From positions 2,653,659 through 2,717,658 of the forward strand of contig OZ316895.1 of the NCBI GenBank assembly GCA_973895155.1: DNA of 64,000 nucleotides, written 5' to 3'. The translations under genes were made by a program, and so were the position numbers. Position 1 is the first letter of the stretch. Each line of letters starts with the position of its first letter. Shown in pieces: positions 62,395-64,000 of the stretch. Origin of the DNA: Marsupella aquatica (taxonomy: Eukaryota > Plantae > Marchantiophyta). Below the pieces are notes generated by a model. The model was not told where the DNA came from, did not search any database, and saw only the letters and a program-made list of their open reading frames with translations.

Positions 62395-64000
62395 TCGTAC
62401 AGACAGAAATCTCTCAAGTGGAGACTGCAAATCTACAGTACTTATAGACAGATCTGGTTTTTCGATGATAAAATAAGATTAGTGGTTCCACTTATCACTT
62501 CCATTGCTTCACCTTGTTTCCCCTTCTCACTTTCAATGATTCACATGCAGGATTACGGTCGAGCTAGGCTAGTTGTTGAACTAACTTTGTACTCTAGCTG
62601 ATGTCATCTCTCTTACTAGGGTTTAATAGGGTTTAGGGTGTGTTGGGTGGGACAAGTGCCACACAATCTATTTCAAATGAAAAACTTTGGTGTCATACTA
62701 AACAACCATATGGATATGTCTTGCATCCACTCATTGTTCAAGCTCTCTTGACAGTGCCTAAACAATGTTTCCATCAACTTAGATTCAGCACAGGTTTCAT
62801 GAAGATGGAGCAAGGTACCTATTGCTCTCGCACACCTTGGCAGCAGCTCACACCAAAAATTTGCATTGCAATCTGGCTTAATATGCCTTGTCTTTGGATT
62901 CACTTGGTTTCACCCTTTCTATCAAACCTCAATTTCAAGGTTCTTGGCATGTCTGGTGGAGTGAAGTGGGGAATATTAAAACCGCAACATCTACAGTATG
63001 TCTTTTAATTTATAGTTTACTTGGTGGGCTATGGAATATATTCATTACCTTCTACAGTAAATCTGCAAAAGGAAGCTTGATCTGACCTCCACTTTAAATA
63101 TTTACATGATAAGCCGAGTCAAGTGTGGTTGATAGCCATTCCCAACATTTTATGGATAACTCATAACTGGCAACAGGAGAGTGGTTGACACTTTTGGAAT
63201 ACAAATAACTTTAGCCACATCCCCATTGCAGTTGGAGTTATATTGGAGTGAAAAGCTCCTTAGAAAGCCATCAGAATCATAATTTGAAGAATATATCTAT
63301 GAGTTTTAAAATAACGTTCCCTAGCAAACAAAAACTGTATCTGCTGGAGGAAGGTAAGAGTGAATATTAATGGGAGAATCTATAAGTACTAGACCCACAC
63401 GAACAATTATTGATTGAAGCACATAAGTAGAAAGGTGAGAACAGAATGATATTATGAAGCGGTTGAAGGGTCACAACATTCACAAATAATTTCTTGCTGT
63501 CCACATGCATCTAGTTTAATAATCCTTTTGAAACAGAAACGAGTGTTCTCAGCAGAAGATTACAGCAACCAATGACCTTCATCAGATTCTGCCCTCAAAT
63601 TGTGTGACCACCTCCCCCAAAATTTGAGCCCATAAAGTGCTACCAAGGGGCTTTATACTTGGGCTCTTAAACAATAACCTTTCTCGGTGGTTATCTGTGG
63701 GGGCAGGCAAGAGGTGGGTGCCAAAAAGAAGAAAGATGCTACAGCAGGTTGGGTCACTACTTCACTCTCTTACTACCTTGTTAATTGCCTTTGGCTTTGC
63801 TTCTGGCACACCCTTGTTTGCGGCACCTCTGGTCTGTTCGTTTTACTAACCCTAGGGCCCAACTCACATGTGAGCGACCTTCTGTTTTGCGACCCTCAAA
63901 CAACAAGATGTCATCATCTGATTCACTTAGACTTTCACACCATCAGCCCCTCATGAGGCAGGCCTGATGGCAACTTTCTGGGAAACCCAAGGGCAAAGGC

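Noticed and set aside
58787-63967. Scattered 60-150-aa ORFs in the last 5 kb
   Set aside because: No recognisable domains or spliceable exon chain. A non-coding transcript cannot be excluded.

Overview
Eukaryotic land-plant nuclear DNA with GT-AG introns, probably a non-seed plant such as a bryophyte (inferred from gene content and style, not proven). Host genes: intronless HCF136/Ycf48 (-), a 12-exon atypical E2F (DEL, +), UMP synthase (-), an intronless fungal/bacterial-type Mpr1-like GNAT acetyltransferase (+) and a 7-exon SEN1-like SF1 helicase (+). The centre is a nested transposon. A 14.25-kb Mutator-like element (21969-36222; long TIRs, 10-bp TSD TTAAATCAAA) carries a decayed MuDRA-type transposase and a convergent gene with an RNase H1 N-terminal hybrid-binding domain. 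Inside it sits a 9.67-kb CACTA element (22590-32259; TSD GCT). Besides TnpD and a divergently transcribed TnpA-like gene, this CACTA encodes an intact SET-domain (lysine methyltransferase-like) protein. Its first exon (CxCxxC..H) can splice in frame either to the SET exon or to the transposase. This is the best candidate for an undescribed system, a transposon carrying its own chromatin-modifier-like protein. Helitron ends (two ending CTCG), MITEs and tandem duplications fill the intergenic DNA. All splice models were read by eye and no database searches were run.
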